Positions 1-9,474 of a DNA stretch of 43,460 nt are shown piece after piece. Position numbers and translations under genes: made by a program. Below the pieces are notes generated by a model that saw only the letters and a list, made by a program, of their open reading frames with translations, was not told where the DNA came from and searched no databases. The stretch comes from a virus. Taxonomy: Duplodnaviria; Caudoviricetes. The first letter of the stretch is position 1. Every line of letters starts with the position of its first letter. The stretch spans positions 1-43,460 of the IMG/VR virus record IMGVR_UViG_3300048599_000747. One strand, 5' to 3'.

Positions 1-1407
1 CTAGCGCCGCTTCTTCGAAACCTTCGGAACGGCCCTTCCAAATGTCCCGCTGATCGTAGGCGCTGCTGACGATCCCGCCCCTGTGAGCACCACCGGAACT
101 CCTCCAACCGACCTTCTAGCCATCTCAAGCGATAGAGCGAGCGCTACCACACAGTCGTCATGCTTGCCTGTTGGGGCGTTCATCCTCAGGTTTCCTGATA
201 GCGTTCGCTCATATCGATATGACCCGAGCTCTGACAGGATGACCCGAGCGATGTCGCCTGGTTCGGCAGGATCGGTGAGAGGGGCAAGTAAAGCAATCTC
301 TTTGTGCTCGATGGCTATAGCCAGTTGGTTGATCACCATTTGCTTCGAGAGCATAGTGAACTTAAATGGATGCACTGTTGTCCACCACGCCTGGTCACGA
401 AGGAGCTGCCAAACCGCTTCGTTACTTGTTGCATCGATCATGATCGGTGCTTGAAATCTCATCGAGACATCCAAGATCTTCGGAATCTGAAGGGTGTAGT
501 CGATCTTGTTGAACCGCTCGGCATAGACGACTCGACCCTCCGTTACATCGAACACGATGATCACTGTCCAGTCCTCATACTGGGCGATGTCGACGCCGAT
601 CGCGTAGAGGTGGCCAGGCTCTGGAACTTCAAGAAATGGGGCGGTTGCAATCTTTCTATAGCCCCTGAACACTGCACCAACGGAGTCAAGGAACTCCGCG
701 AAATATTCCTGCCTGATTGTCGACTCGGGCAGGTCCTTCATGTCCTCTTCAAGCACTCCCTTGGGGATATGCGGATTGATATGTGAGGGGAGTTGCCACG
801 ACTTATAACCACGGACACCCATCTGACCACGGTCGAAAATGTCTTTGAACCAGTCATCGCCTTCAGGCGTGCTGATGAAGAGTGCGCCGCCGGCGTGATC
901 CAGGAGAGACGGTCTTAGGTGATCGGTCCAAATCTCTGGGTCTGATTCTTCGGCCGATTCATCAAAAATGATCAAATCGAGACCTTCACCCAGTAGAGAA
1001 GCGGCGTTTCCACTCGACCTTACAAAGATGCGGCCGCCTGTGGAAAGTGTAATCTCACCTTTGCCCTGAGACATCCGGTGAGTCGTGACGAGACTCCGCA
1101 AATCAGAGCCCAGGATCATCTGTTCGCATTCGCGGAACACGATCTTGGCCAGGTCGTAGGTAGGTGCCACGACCATGACCCAACCACCCAAAGAAGCACA
1201 TACCGTAGCTTCGAATCCGGCACAAACCGACTTACCGAAACGTCGGCCGCAACACATGACTCGAAATCGCGACCGACTTTGATGGACGGGGAGCTGCCCG
1301 ACATGGGGCTGATACTTGACGATTTCGGCGATCCGGGCTTTGTCTTGCCAGGTGATGAGTCTATACATCGCCTGCCAAACCGGTCGACGGTGAATCAGTG
1401 GTTTCAT
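1..1407 (-). CDS. terL: Terminase large subunit (Terminase_6-like ATPase plus RNase H-like nuclease)
   Basis: Walker A region CCGRRFGKS, Walker B LIIFDES, coupling motif ISTP, nuclease motifs IGVDIA and HDDCVVALAL. Confidence 0.95.
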   Translation of the reverse strand: MKPLIHRRPVWQAMYRLITWQDKARIAEIVKYQPHVGQLPVHQSRSRFRVMCCGRRFGKSVCAGFEATVCASLGGWVMVVAPTYDLAKIVFRECEQMILGSDLRSLVTTHRMSQGKGEITLSTGGRIFVRSSGNAASLLGEGLDLIIFDESAEESDPEIWTDHLRPSLLDHAGGALFISTPEGDDWFKDIFDRGQMGVRGYKSWQLPSHINPHIPKGVLEEDMKDLPESTIRQEYFAEFLDSVGAVFRGYRKIATAPFLEVPEPGHLYAIGVDIAQYEDWTVIIVFDVTEGRVVYAERFNKIDYTLQIPKILDVSMRFQAPIMIDATSNEAVWQLLRDQAWWTTVHPFKFTMLSKQMVINQLAIAIEHKEIALLAPLTDPAEPGDIARVILSELGSYRYERTLSGNLRMNAPTGKHDDCVVALALSLEMARRSVGGVPVVLTGAGSSAAPTISGTFGRAVPKVSKKRR

Positions 1408-3659
1408 TCGGGAACGAATCTAGCCGTGATGGTTGAGTGAGTTAGCTCCTTAGTTCCTCTATGCTTAACCGAAACGACCATGAGTGGGATGCCCGACACT
1501 CCGGCCCTATCTGACTGAACCATCACTACGTCAAGAGGAAAAATGTCTGGTTGGTACCAAGTGGTGAACGGAACGGTGAGGCCAGGCATCCTGATCGTTC
1601 GGTACATGGCCGTGCCGGCTTCATAGGCAAATCCCTGTTCGGCAAAGAGGGAATCAACCCACGCCGATGGGTTCGGGTATCCAAGGTGGTTAAAGGCTCG
1701 AGTGTCGTCGATAACTCCCCAGTCTGTGAACTTCATAACGATGGGATCCCACCGCGGCGTGAACGCATTGACTCCGATCAGGATCGCATCAGAACGGACT
1801 TCGTCCATGTCCTTCGATGATCCAATTGCCCAGCAACCTTCTGGACCGCCAGCTTCCACATCCGACTCATAGAAGGTGCGCTTAATATTCGATGGGATTC
1901 TGAACTTCTCAAAGGCCAGGTCGCCGGCGACGTCAAAGAAAAGCATGAAACCAATACTCGCAGCGATCTTTACCATCAGGTCCCACAGTTCGGGACTCGT
2001 CGGTCGGGTGAGTGCAGATCCAGATTCACCAACCGGCAGATAGTAAGCAGGACCACCGAGACCATCTCCGAGGTCACTTCCAGGACCAAATGGAAAACTA
2101 GGAATGAGTTGGGCGAACCTCATATTGCGAAGAGAAACCCCTCCGAGCTGAGCAAGAAAGCCGATCGCATAGAAAACGTTCCAACCGTCCATCCAGGGCA
2201 GCGCCCACCGAGGGTTTCTAAGCTGCCTAGCCCTTCCTCTGCACGTGATCACGCATTCACTAGCTGCGTTCGATGACTCGGTATCTCCCTGGGTGTTTCC
2301 ATAGCCCGTGAACTGAAGAACCGACGGGCCGAACGAACCATAGTTGTTGATGGTTCGGGAACCCCATATCTGGCAGCCGACCTGGCCATGGTTCACAACC
2401 CATTGCCCCCAGGTTCCCCAATAGCCAAACGGACGATTTCCTTGTCGATTATTGTTGAAGCCCAGTTTTGCGACCGATTCAATCTCGAGGCTTTCGGGTC
2501 TAAATGTGTGCTCAACCTCGATCCATTCGGGCTCAACACGCCACCCGGAATCTGGGTCGAAGCTTTCTTCACCGTGGTAAACAACTTCAACACCTCGAAC
2601 GGCCGCCACCCAGTCGGAATAGTCAACCTGTCGGTAGGTTCCCGAATAGGGCGCCGTCAGCACCGCGGTGTAATAAACGTTGGGCCCGGTGAGATCGCTT
2701 TGGTTTGGGTCAAAAAAGATATCGCAACCGGGAGGAACGACGCCGGCGGCGTCTGCAAATGGTGGATCGAACCGGTCAGAAGAGAAGCCGATTGGGTTTT
2801 CAGGACTAACCCAGGTGACCGATGTTCTCCATTTCATCGGGTGAGCTGAACATGCAAGCGTTTTGAAACCTCGAGCCCTAATGCGTGCAGAGTTAATCTG
2901 CCACAGGGGTAAGCCAAGCGAGTCGCAGCGAGACTCCTCGAAGTAATGAGCCTCATCTTGACAACCAACCCGAAAAGCCATACGGCCGGCAATAAGGCGG
3001 CACTCGAGCATGTTCATATCGAGCGGAGCTTCAGTGTCCGATTCACCGCCAAGTGAGCCCGCTTTCCACATCTCGGAAGATCCGGCAAGAACCGCTCGAT
3101 CTACCCAACTCCCACCTGGCTCTAATATTGCCAACCTAATCGAGTTAAGACCTTCGATTCGTATCGAGTAAATGATCTCGTCGCTACCGACTCCAACCCC
3201 GATGCGGAAGGTTTGAAATTTCTGTTCAATGTGATTGCCTTTTCCCTCGTCGGGATCCGTTCTCGCCCAAAGGAACGTTATGCCTTGGCAAGCACCGGTG
3301 CACTCGACATCAAGCACATCGAGACCCGTGGAGCTTGAAACGGCGATCTCCTGAAAGCCGAGAGGGTTGTTGGCTCTGTATGATGGTGCAATCCCGCCCA
3401 TGTTTTGCCAGTAAACGAACGGCAATGTGTCAGGCTCGCCGGCATAACCGCTATCAGGGTTCTGGTGATGAGGAATGAAAATGGGAGCGGCGTATACGGC
3501 CTGGAGGTTGAAGTCAAAAACGATATCTTCGGCGCCTTGCAAGTTGGCCACTCCGGACTGCCAAGGAAAATCGGTATAGATGAAGAACGGTTTTCGCTGC
3601 AAAGGGAACATCCCCCTGGTGCCTGAAAACCGAACATCGAAGCTATCCTCTATCCTCAT
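1404..3659 (-). CDS. Large virion structural protein, probably tail tip or baseplate hub-like
   Basis: 751 aa, beta-rich. The C-terminal FFDVAGDLAF...PDIFPLDVVMV...VVSVKH pattern resembles tail hub proteins. ATGA-coupled to both neighbours. Confidence 0.5.
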   Translation of the reverse strand: MRIEDSFDVRFSGTRGMFPLQRKPFFIYTDFPWQSGVANLQGAEDIVFDFNLQAVYAAPIFIPHHQNPDSGYAGEPDTLPFVYWQNMGGIAPSYRANNPLGFQEIAVSSSTGLDVLDVECTGACQGITFLWARTDPDEGKGNHIEQKFQTFRIGVGVGSDEIIYSIRIEGLNSIRLAILEPGGSWVDRAVLAGSSEMWKAGSLGGESDTEAPLDMNMLECRLIAGRMAFRVGCQDEAHYFEESRCDSLGLPLWQINSARIRARGFKTLACSAHPMKWRTSVTWVSPENPIGFSSDRFDPPFADAAGVVPPGCDIFFDPNQSDLTGPNVYYTAVLTAPYSGTYRQVDYSDWVAAVRGVEVVYHGEESFDPDSGWRVEPEWIEVEHTFRPESLEIESVAKLGFNNNRQGNRPFGYWGTWGQWVVNHGQVGCQIWGSRTINNYGSFGPSVLQFTGYGNTQGDTESSNAASECVITCRGRARQLRNPRWALPWMDGWNVFYAIGFLAQLGGVSLRNMRFAQLIPSFPFGPGSDLGDGLGGPAYYLPVGESGSALTRPTSPELWDLMVKIAASIGFMLFFDVAGDLAFEKFRIPSNIKRTFYESDVEAGGPEGCWAIGSSKDMDEVRSDAILIGVNAFTPRWDPIVMKFTDWGVIDDTRAFNHLGYPNPSAWVDSLFAEQGFAYEAGTAMYRTIRMPGLTVPFTTWYQPDIFPLDVVMVQSDRAGVSGIPLMVVSVKHRGTKELTHSTITARFVPE

Positions 3660-5797
3660 CGTGGATCCACCTTGTGAATGGACTGACCAGGAAGGCTAAT
3701 TGAAGATGTTCGAAGCTGGCTGGCAGTCTTGACGGCGATCGCACGACCCGTTCGTATGGTTCGAGCGCCGAACGATTCAAACCGGCTCAAGGCTTCCCGT
3801 TCTTCGGCCCAGCGTGATCCTTCATCGAACCCGCCGCATTTCTTAAAAAGCTCGGTGCGTACTAGAATCCCACTCGTATATACACCGCCGGCTATGGTGA
3901 GAGCACCATCGGCGGATGCGATCAGGTCGCACACGATGGCGTCATAGTCATCTAGGTAGGGACTAACGAGATCCAGCCATCCGGGAAGTGCTAAGTCGTC
4001 GTCATCAAGAAACCAGGTCCATTCGCTCCTCACCGCCTCGATACCTCGGTTTCTGGCTACTGATGGCCCAAGAGGCTCAGAAAGCGATACCAGGCCCGTG
4101 TAGGGGCGGGATTGGGCTATCTGCATAGCGTAAGGCCTCGACTCCCTACCATCGGACACGATGACTACAGGTGCATGATCTCCAAGTGACTTGATGCAAG
4201 CCGATAAAGGCTGCGAGCGATCGCGTGTAGGAATGACCACCGTGACTGGGCAGTCGGACTGCTCGACCGGAACGTCAAGGCGCGCTTTCCAACCATCGAG
4301 CACGGTCGTATAGTTTGCCCAGGGTATAAGCCTTGATGAGTGGTGACCCTCTTCCTGAAGGTTCTTAGCCCAATGCGTCCTTGCAGTCACCTTTGGGATA
4401 TGGTTAATCCCTAACGGATCGATCGACATCACTTCGCGAAAGAGATCCCAGTCTTCTACAGCTCCCCCTGGCTCGTGGTTGTGTGGATCCACATTGAACA
4501 AAAGGCCCTTTTCTTTGAACAAACCCGCCCAAAAAACGGTTGAAGATGTCTTGATGAAGCACTCTTGCTCAAGTCGCTCTGGCCAGTATCGCCAATCCTT
4601 GAGCTGCTCTTCTGGATGCTGATCGGGCATGTAGCGGTAACGGCGGAACTCTTCGTCCCACCATCGCCAGGCGAAGTCCGTTTCGCTGTAGCTCATGAGG
4701 CAACTTGGGGTCGTTTCATGGTGGCGAAGGTGCTCTTCGAGGTGGTTTGACTTCCAAACGTCATCCGAGTCGAGAAACGCAATATATTTACCACTGGAGA
4801 TCTCGACGCCTTTATTGCGGGCTCCGCCTGGTCCCTGGTTATGCGGAAGGTGAATGAACCAAATCCGGTTCTCATGGCCGCGATATCTGGTTGTTGCCGC
4901 CCTCTGGATTCGGTCCCAATCTTGTGAGCCGTCGTCGATGACGTAAAGCCTCCAATGAGGCATCGTTTGCTTCAAAACGCTGTCGATCGCTTCGAAAAGA
5001 GCGTCGGTTCGGTTGTACGTGGGAATGACCACCGAGACCATCTCTTTGATGCCTTCCCGCTTTTCGGTAAGAAGGAAGCGAGAACGGCACATGCGTGCAT
5101 CCCTTTCATCTCCGATCCATGAGACGGTTTGATGCTCGAGATGCTCCACGTATGCACGCCTGGCATGGGCGATCTTCGTGAACCGAAGCGCCCGGTCAAA
5201 GAGGTCATAGTCTTCGCCGAAAAGCTCATACTCTTCGTCCATACCCCCAAGCTGGTCCCACATCTCATGGGCGATCGCAAAGCAGTAACCACCTTGCGGA
5301 ACGTATGGCGCGGTAATGAGCTTGTTCTCCTTGAATGAACCCTCATGAGAAGACCACCAACGTTCGACGTCTTCGATGGTTTGGTAGACATCATCCATCG
5401 ACTCCGGTCTTCTGAGGCGAGGAGGGGTTACACCCGCTGCAGATGCGCATTTGGGAGATAACGGCAAAGCAACAGAGCAAAAATCATCCAAGGCATGAAT
5501 GAGCTCTGAAACGCTTCCTGGAGCAAAAACCGTGTCGTTGTTGACCACGATCAGCACGTCCCAATCGCCTTTTAGAGCGGCGCCCATGTTGATACTTCGG
5601 GCGTAGGTGTACCGGTCGGGATTTACGATCAGCCGAATGTCCTTATTTCCTCTCAGTGCTGCCAGGGTGTCGTCGTCGGATCCATTGTCGACCACGACGA
5701 TATCGAGTGCTTCATCTTGTTGCCTCAGAGAGCTGAGGCACATGAGCGTGAGGAGCAAGTTGTTGAGAACTGGGATGACAATACGAACCTTTCTCAT
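3656..5797 (-). CDS. Glycosyltransferase with three tandem GT2 (GT-A) domains
   Basis: Three GT2 starts (IVIPVLN, VVIPTYNR, VVIPTRDR) with VVDNGS, IDDGS and VSDG, and DxD-type motifs NND, FLDSDD and FLDDDD. Confidence 0.92.
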   Translation of the reverse strand: MRKVRIVIPVLNNLLLTLMCLSSLRQQDEALDIVVVDNGSDDDTLAALRGNKDIRLIVNPDRYTYARSINMGAALKGDWDVLIVVNNDTVFAPGSVSELIHALDDFCSVALPLSPKCASAAGVTPPRLRRPESMDDVYQTIEDVERWWSSHEGSFKENKLITAPYVPQGGYCFAIAHEMWDQLGGMDEEYELFGEDYDLFDRALRFTKIAHARRAYVEHLEHQTVSWIGDERDARMCRSRFLLTEKREGIKEMVSVVIPTYNRTDALFEAIDSVLKQTMPHWRLYVIDDGSQDWDRIQRAATTRYRGHENRIWFIHLPHNQGPGGARNKGVEISSGKYIAFLDSDDVWKSNHLEEHLRHHETTPSCLMSYSETDFAWRWWDEEFRRYRYMPDQHPEEQLKDWRYWPERLEQECFIKTSSTVFWAGLFKEKGLLFNVDPHNHEPGGAVEDWDLFREVMSIDPLGINHIPKVTARTHWAKNLQEEGHHSSRLIPWANYTTVLDGWKARLDVPVEQSDCPVTVVIPTRDRSQPLSACIKSLGDHAPVVIVSDGRESRPYAMQIAQSRPYTGLVSLSEPLGPSVARNRGIEAVRSEWTWFLDDDDLALPGWLDLVSPYLDDYDAIVCDLIASADGALTIAGGVYTSGILVRTELFKKCGGFDEGSRWAEEREALSRFESFGARTIRTGRAIAVKTASQLRTSSISLPGQSIHKVDPR

Positions 5798-6348
5798 GGT
5801 CTTAGGGCCACCCCGTAGCCTCGGTCAAAATGGCTGCAAATTGTCGACCAGCCCATGGCATTAAGCCTAGCCAGGGCAAGGGAAGGTCCAGGCGAACTGG
5901 CTGGGCGTTCAACGAATGGCCATGTATCGTGGAGGCAGATACACTTCGCTCCCGCATCAATAGAGCGACGAACATCGAGCCAGCATTCTTCAACTCCATG
6001 ATCGCCATCGATGAGGGCCATATCCACATGATCAGGGAAGGGCACCGTAACCGAATCGCCGGCGATCAGCTCCACAACAGGCAGAGTGCCTGTCATCTCC
6101 AAGCTATATTTGAGATCATCCGGGGTGTGCTCGAGACAGAATAGGTCGACGACAACCAGATAGCCGGATCCATTCTCCTGGAGGGCTCGTGCAGCTCGCG
6201 CTGTGATGCATCCCTTGAAGCATCCAATCTCAAGCACCACATCGGGTCGAAGCCACCGAATCATTCCTTCTACGATCAGTGCATGGCGCTGGGTGTCGAG
6301 TCCTGGAATCTGCACCCAAGCCCGTTCAAATTCTTCTCGTGTAATCAT
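5794..6348 (-). CDS. Class I SAM-dependent methyltransferase (Methyltransf_24-like)
   Basis: VLEIGCFKG SAM motif, LIDGDH, and CLHDT. Confidence 0.88.
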   Translation of the reverse strand: MITREEFERAWVQIPGLDTQRHALIVEGMIRWLRPDVVLEIGCFKGCITARAARALQENGSGYLVVVDLFCLEHTPDDLKYSLEMTGTLPVVELIAGDSVTVPFPDHVDMALIDGDHGVEECWLDVRRSIDAGAKCICLHDTWPFVERPASSPGPSLALARLNAMGWSTICSHFDRGYGVALRP

Positions 6349-7100
6349 AAAATGCCTCCTAATTGGTTCAATATTCGAAATGCCTCGTTTATCACGTCAT
6401 CTATGGGAATGAGTTCGGGTGCGTTTTGGGCGAAAAGCGCCATCTGGACCGGCTCATCGAGCGGTAAATAGATCCGATCGGGGCGATGAAGCGAGACGAT
6501 CGAGACACTTGGAACCAGATTTCCAAGCGCTATAAAGAGCGGGCCGCTATCGAATCCCACGAAAAGATCTGCTGTAGAGCAAATGCCGGCGAGCTCCATG
6601 AGGGGAAGAGTGCCTATGACTTTGGCATCCTCCGGATGGTTCGATAAATTGCACGCATCGAGGTCGGCAACGTTAAAACCCAACGACCGAAAGAGACCAC
6701 TCATTTCCAGATAGCCGGAATGGGATTTCTCGCTACATCCTCCATGGTGTTGAACCAATATCCTTGGCTTGCGATCGCCCCAAAATTGGTGGCCACTCAA
6801 CTTAAAGATGTCTGGAACGTGGCAGTGCATCCGCTTGTGTTCCCAGTCGATGCCATGGTTCGCATACCACTCGACGCGTCCGAAGATCGCAGGAAACATC
6901 TCTTCAAAGTCATCGGGAGTAGGGTATTGAAACCCGTGAAACACGATATCCGGCCACTCTCGAAAGAAGTCCATCCAACGGCTTGGTATGGCGCTCACAT
7001 GCACGGTCTCTCCGGTATGTCTTCGAAGCTCCATGATTGCCGACAAGCCTTGCAGAACATCACCCATTCCCATCTCCCAGTTGAAATGGAAGCCTCGCAT
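6345..7100 (-). CDS. GT9 (ADP-heptose:LPS heptosyltransferase-like, GT-B) glycosyltransferase
   Basis: GMGDVL N-terminal motif and ADLFVGFDSGPLFIA C-terminal motif. Start re-called to the ATG at 7100, which overlaps the radical SAM stop (TGATG). Confidence 0.8.
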   Translation of the reverse strand: MRGFHFNWEMGMGDVLQGLSAIMELRRHTGETVHVSAIPSRWMDFFREWPDIVFHGFQYPTPDDFEEMFPAIFGRVEWYANHGIDWEHKRMHCHVPDIFKLSGHQFWGDRKPRILVQHHGGCSEKSHSGYLEMSGLFRSLGFNVADLDACNLSNHPEDAKVIGTLPLMELAGICSTADLFVGFDSGPLFIALGNLVPSVSIVSLHRPDRIYLPLDEPVQMALFAQNAPELIPIDDVINEAFRILNQLGGIL

Positions 7101-8347
7101 CACTTTTTCCTGGGGCACAATCGGCAAACCTTGTTGTCCATTGAGGTTTCGTTCGCCCAGTTGCTCAAAAAGGCCTGATAGTCCTTGTTCTTCTCGATGA
7201 TCGACATCCAATCGCCTTCTCGAATGTTTCCAATCGAGTGGCGAGCAAGGCATGACCAAACCTCACCGGTGTGGTCTACATACACCTCACGTGGAGCAAC
7301 GAAATATTCCACATTCTCATCGTTATCGGGCTGTATGCTCGATAGGGGCTGAACGGCTGCTTTCTTCAGGGGTGAATCAGTTGGAAGCTTGAACCAAGGA
7401 ACCTCTGGCAGAATGACTACGGCTCCCGTAGATCCGGTGGTTAGCCCTGGAGAACCTGAACCTGAATTAATGATTGCCGTCGTAGTTGCGGTTCCGATGC
7501 CCCCACATGGATTAGCACTCATCAGAAAATCGGTGTATCGGCGCCATCCTTTTAGGTCGGTTCCATCCTCGCCGGCGTTCGGGTTTAGATCGGAAAATGT
7601 GGGCAATTGAGCGATGAACCAAATTCCTTCCTTTTCAGCGATAGTTCTGGCTTCATCAACCATTCGGAGCGTTCGGTCTCTGAAGAACCGTATCGACTGG
7701 TTGACCCTACTCGTTACGTGGTGATCGGCGCCGACCATCGTGATCTCAGCGCCATCTGAATGTCTGCCTATACCCAGCCTGGCGCACAATTCCACCCATT
7801 TTGGAAGTTCATCGATGTTGGCCGCGGTGGCGGTGAATTGGCTCAGCATGATCGCTCCAGGCTTTGCCTTTCGGAAGATCTGAACGTTTGTAACAAGCTC
7901 CGCTAGGTCGCCTTTACGAACACGTCGATAGGCTTCGTCCGTGCCGGCATCGATCGACACCGAAACTCGGGGAACATCTCCTACCGAATCAAGAATCGAC
8001 TTCTTTCCGAGATAGTGGCCGTTGGTAAAGAAGAACAGGTTCTTGCCTGTACTGACGATTTCCTTTGCAGCAGGTACGAAGATCGGCGAGAGTGTAGGTT
8101 CACCAAGGCCACCTAGCTCCATGTTCTCGGCATGGGGCATGAACCGGTCCGCGATGAGCTTCCATGTGTCCGCATTCATGTTCTTCGACAGATCGAGCGG
8201 GGAAGAGGTATCGAACTCGATTACTCCTTTTTGAGTCTTTCCGATGCTGTTCTTAGGCAGCAGCTCTCGCTCGCACATGGTGCATGAGAGGTTGCAAACT
8301 GACGAGATACGGGCGTGGACTGCTCTTGGTAAGTAAATCGTTTTCAT
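7100..8347 (-). CDS. Radical SAM protein with SPASM/twitch-like C-terminus
   Basis: CNLSCTMC (CxxxCxxC), GLGEPTL, FTNG, VSIDAG, and C-terminal VDHTGEVWSC...IGN...CRLC. Confidence 0.92.
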   Translation of the reverse strand: MKTIYLPRAVHARISSVCNLSCTMCERELLPKNSIGKTQKGVIEFDTSSPLDLSKNMNADTWKLIADRFMPHAENMELGGLGEPTLSPIFVPAAKEIVSTGKNLFFFTNGHYLGKKSILDSVGDVPRVSVSIDAGTDEAYRRVRKGDLAELVTNVQIFRKAKPGAIMLSQFTATAANIDELPKWVELCARLGIGRHSDGAEITMVGADHHVTSRVNQSIRFFRDRTLRMVDEARTIAEKEGIWFIAQLPTFSDLNPNAGEDGTDLKGWRRYTDFLMSANPCGGIGTATTTAIINSGSGSPGLTTGSTGAVVILPEVPWFKLPTDSPLKKAAVQPLSSIQPDNDENVEYFVAPREVYVDHTGEVWSCLARHSIGNIREGDWMSIIEKNKDYQAFLSNWANETSMDNKVCRLCPRKK

Positions 8348-8361
8348 GGAATTTATAAGCG

Positions 8362-8396
8362 AAAAAGGGAAGGAACTCCTTAGGAGGCCTTCCCTT
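8362..8396 (-). terminator. Intrinsic terminator-like hairpin
   Basis: Minus strand AAGGGAAGG-CCTCCTAAGGAGTT-CCTTCCCTT followed by TTT, downstream of the 8416..8838 gene. Confidence 0.65.
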
Positions 8397-8415
8397 AATC
8401 TGCGTTCTCAGCCTC

Positions 8416-8838
8416 CTACTTCGAGGCTACGGCGTCAGCGATCGCAACAAGCACGTCGCCGCCCTTGTCTCCCCAGGTTCTTGAAGCCGTAAGAATTTCC
8501 TGAACCTTGGTCTCATCCTTGATACCGAGAGGCGCACAAACATATTTGCGGATCGTGTTCTCGCTCGGTGTCATTGCGCGGTCGGCGCCGGTCTGGATCT
8601 GGTTTTTATTGGCCAGGTAGGCCGCAACGAGAGCCATTCCAATAACGCCTTGAAAGCCTCCGAGAAGGCTCAGGATATTAGCTGAGCTCACGGATGCACC
8701 TGCGAGGCCTTCGGGCTCGTCGGCACTGGCGCCATAGGCGGTTGCCAGAGATTGTTCGTCTACGGACTCGCCGTTGATGGCTGTGACTTCGCCATTTTCG
8801 ATTGTGATCTCTAAGATCATGGGTTTACTCCTTGTCAT
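8416..8838 (-). CDS. Hypothetical protein with a central hydrophobic helix
   Basis: 140 aa, co-oriented with and overlapping the upstream ORF. Confidence 0.6.
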   Translation of the reverse strand: MTRSKPMILEITIENGEVTAINGESVDEQSLATAYGASADEPEGLAGASVSSANILSLLGGFQGVIGMALVAAYLANKNQIQTGADRAMTPSENTIRKYVCAPLGIKDETKVQEILTASRTWGDKGGDVLVAIADAVASK

Positions 8839-9190
8839 CGTCCGACACGATCTTAAGCACGATCGTGCTTACAGTGTCCGGAGTGGGTATGGGTGTCGGG
8901 GCCTCGACCTTTTGGGGAGCTGAACTCGTGGAGTCGAGCGGTCCAAAGAAGATGAGAGGCGGGTTGAGGTCGACTTTTGGAAGCCCTCGGGAGGTAAGAA
9001 ACGCCTCTGCTTGGGCAGTCGTGAAGGGAAGCCGGTCACAACCGTTCGCAAAGTCGCGAATAAGCGCCTCATAGCGCTCGGTGTCATCCGGCGGGATGTC
9101 GGTGAGATGAACGTGGCCGTCCTGGCACACGATCGTGCCCTTGAGTCGGCCGTTCTCTGGCGATTGCCAGTAAAGGAACTGAGATATCAT
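8825..9190 (-). CDS. Hypothetical protein
   Basis: ATG preceded by GGAGG; 121 aa with a Pro/Thr-rich tail. Confidence 0.65.
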   Translation of the reverse strand: MISQFLYWQSPENGRLKGTIVCQDGHVHLTDIPPDDTERYEALIRDFANGCDRLPFTTAQAEAFLTSRGLPKVDLNPPLIFFGPLDSTSSAPQKVEAPTPIPTPDTVSTIVLKIVSDDDKE

Positions 9191-9267
9191 TGGTCCTCCA
9201 CTTGTCGCCTATGAGACGTGGTGGAGTTCAAGATGAGTGAAAGTGAACCTATGAGGAAGACCGATTG

Positions 9268-9273
9268 TATAAT
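9268..9273 (+). promoter_or_regulatory. -10 box of a leaderless promoter
   Basis: TATAAT, then 6 nt, then the ATG at 9280. Confidence 0.6.
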
Positions 9274-9279
9274 GCAGAT

Positions 9280-9462
9280 ATGAAGAAAGGCAAAGTCGCT
9301 AAAGTCAAGATGTCTAAGGAAACTCTTGAATCGGTCAAGCGAGGGATAGAACAGTCGGCAGCAGGAAAAACACGATCCTTAGGAAGCTTCGCAGAATTCG
9401 CCACCGATGATGGCACCCGAGTTGAAGAGATGAAAAAAGAAAAGGCTCAAGAAGAGTCCTGA
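9280..9462 (+). CDS. Small moron protein, antitoxin-C-terminus-like
   Basis: Opposite strand to the late operon. ETLESVKRGIEQSAAGKTRSLGSF resembles the 'S(I/V)xRGxxxxxxGK' helix of type II antitoxins. Confidence 0.55.
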   Translation: MKKGKVAKVKMSKETLESVKRGIEQSAAGKTRSLGSFAEFATDDGTRVEEMKKEKAQEES

Positions 9463-9474
9463 GCCTAAGGAGTT

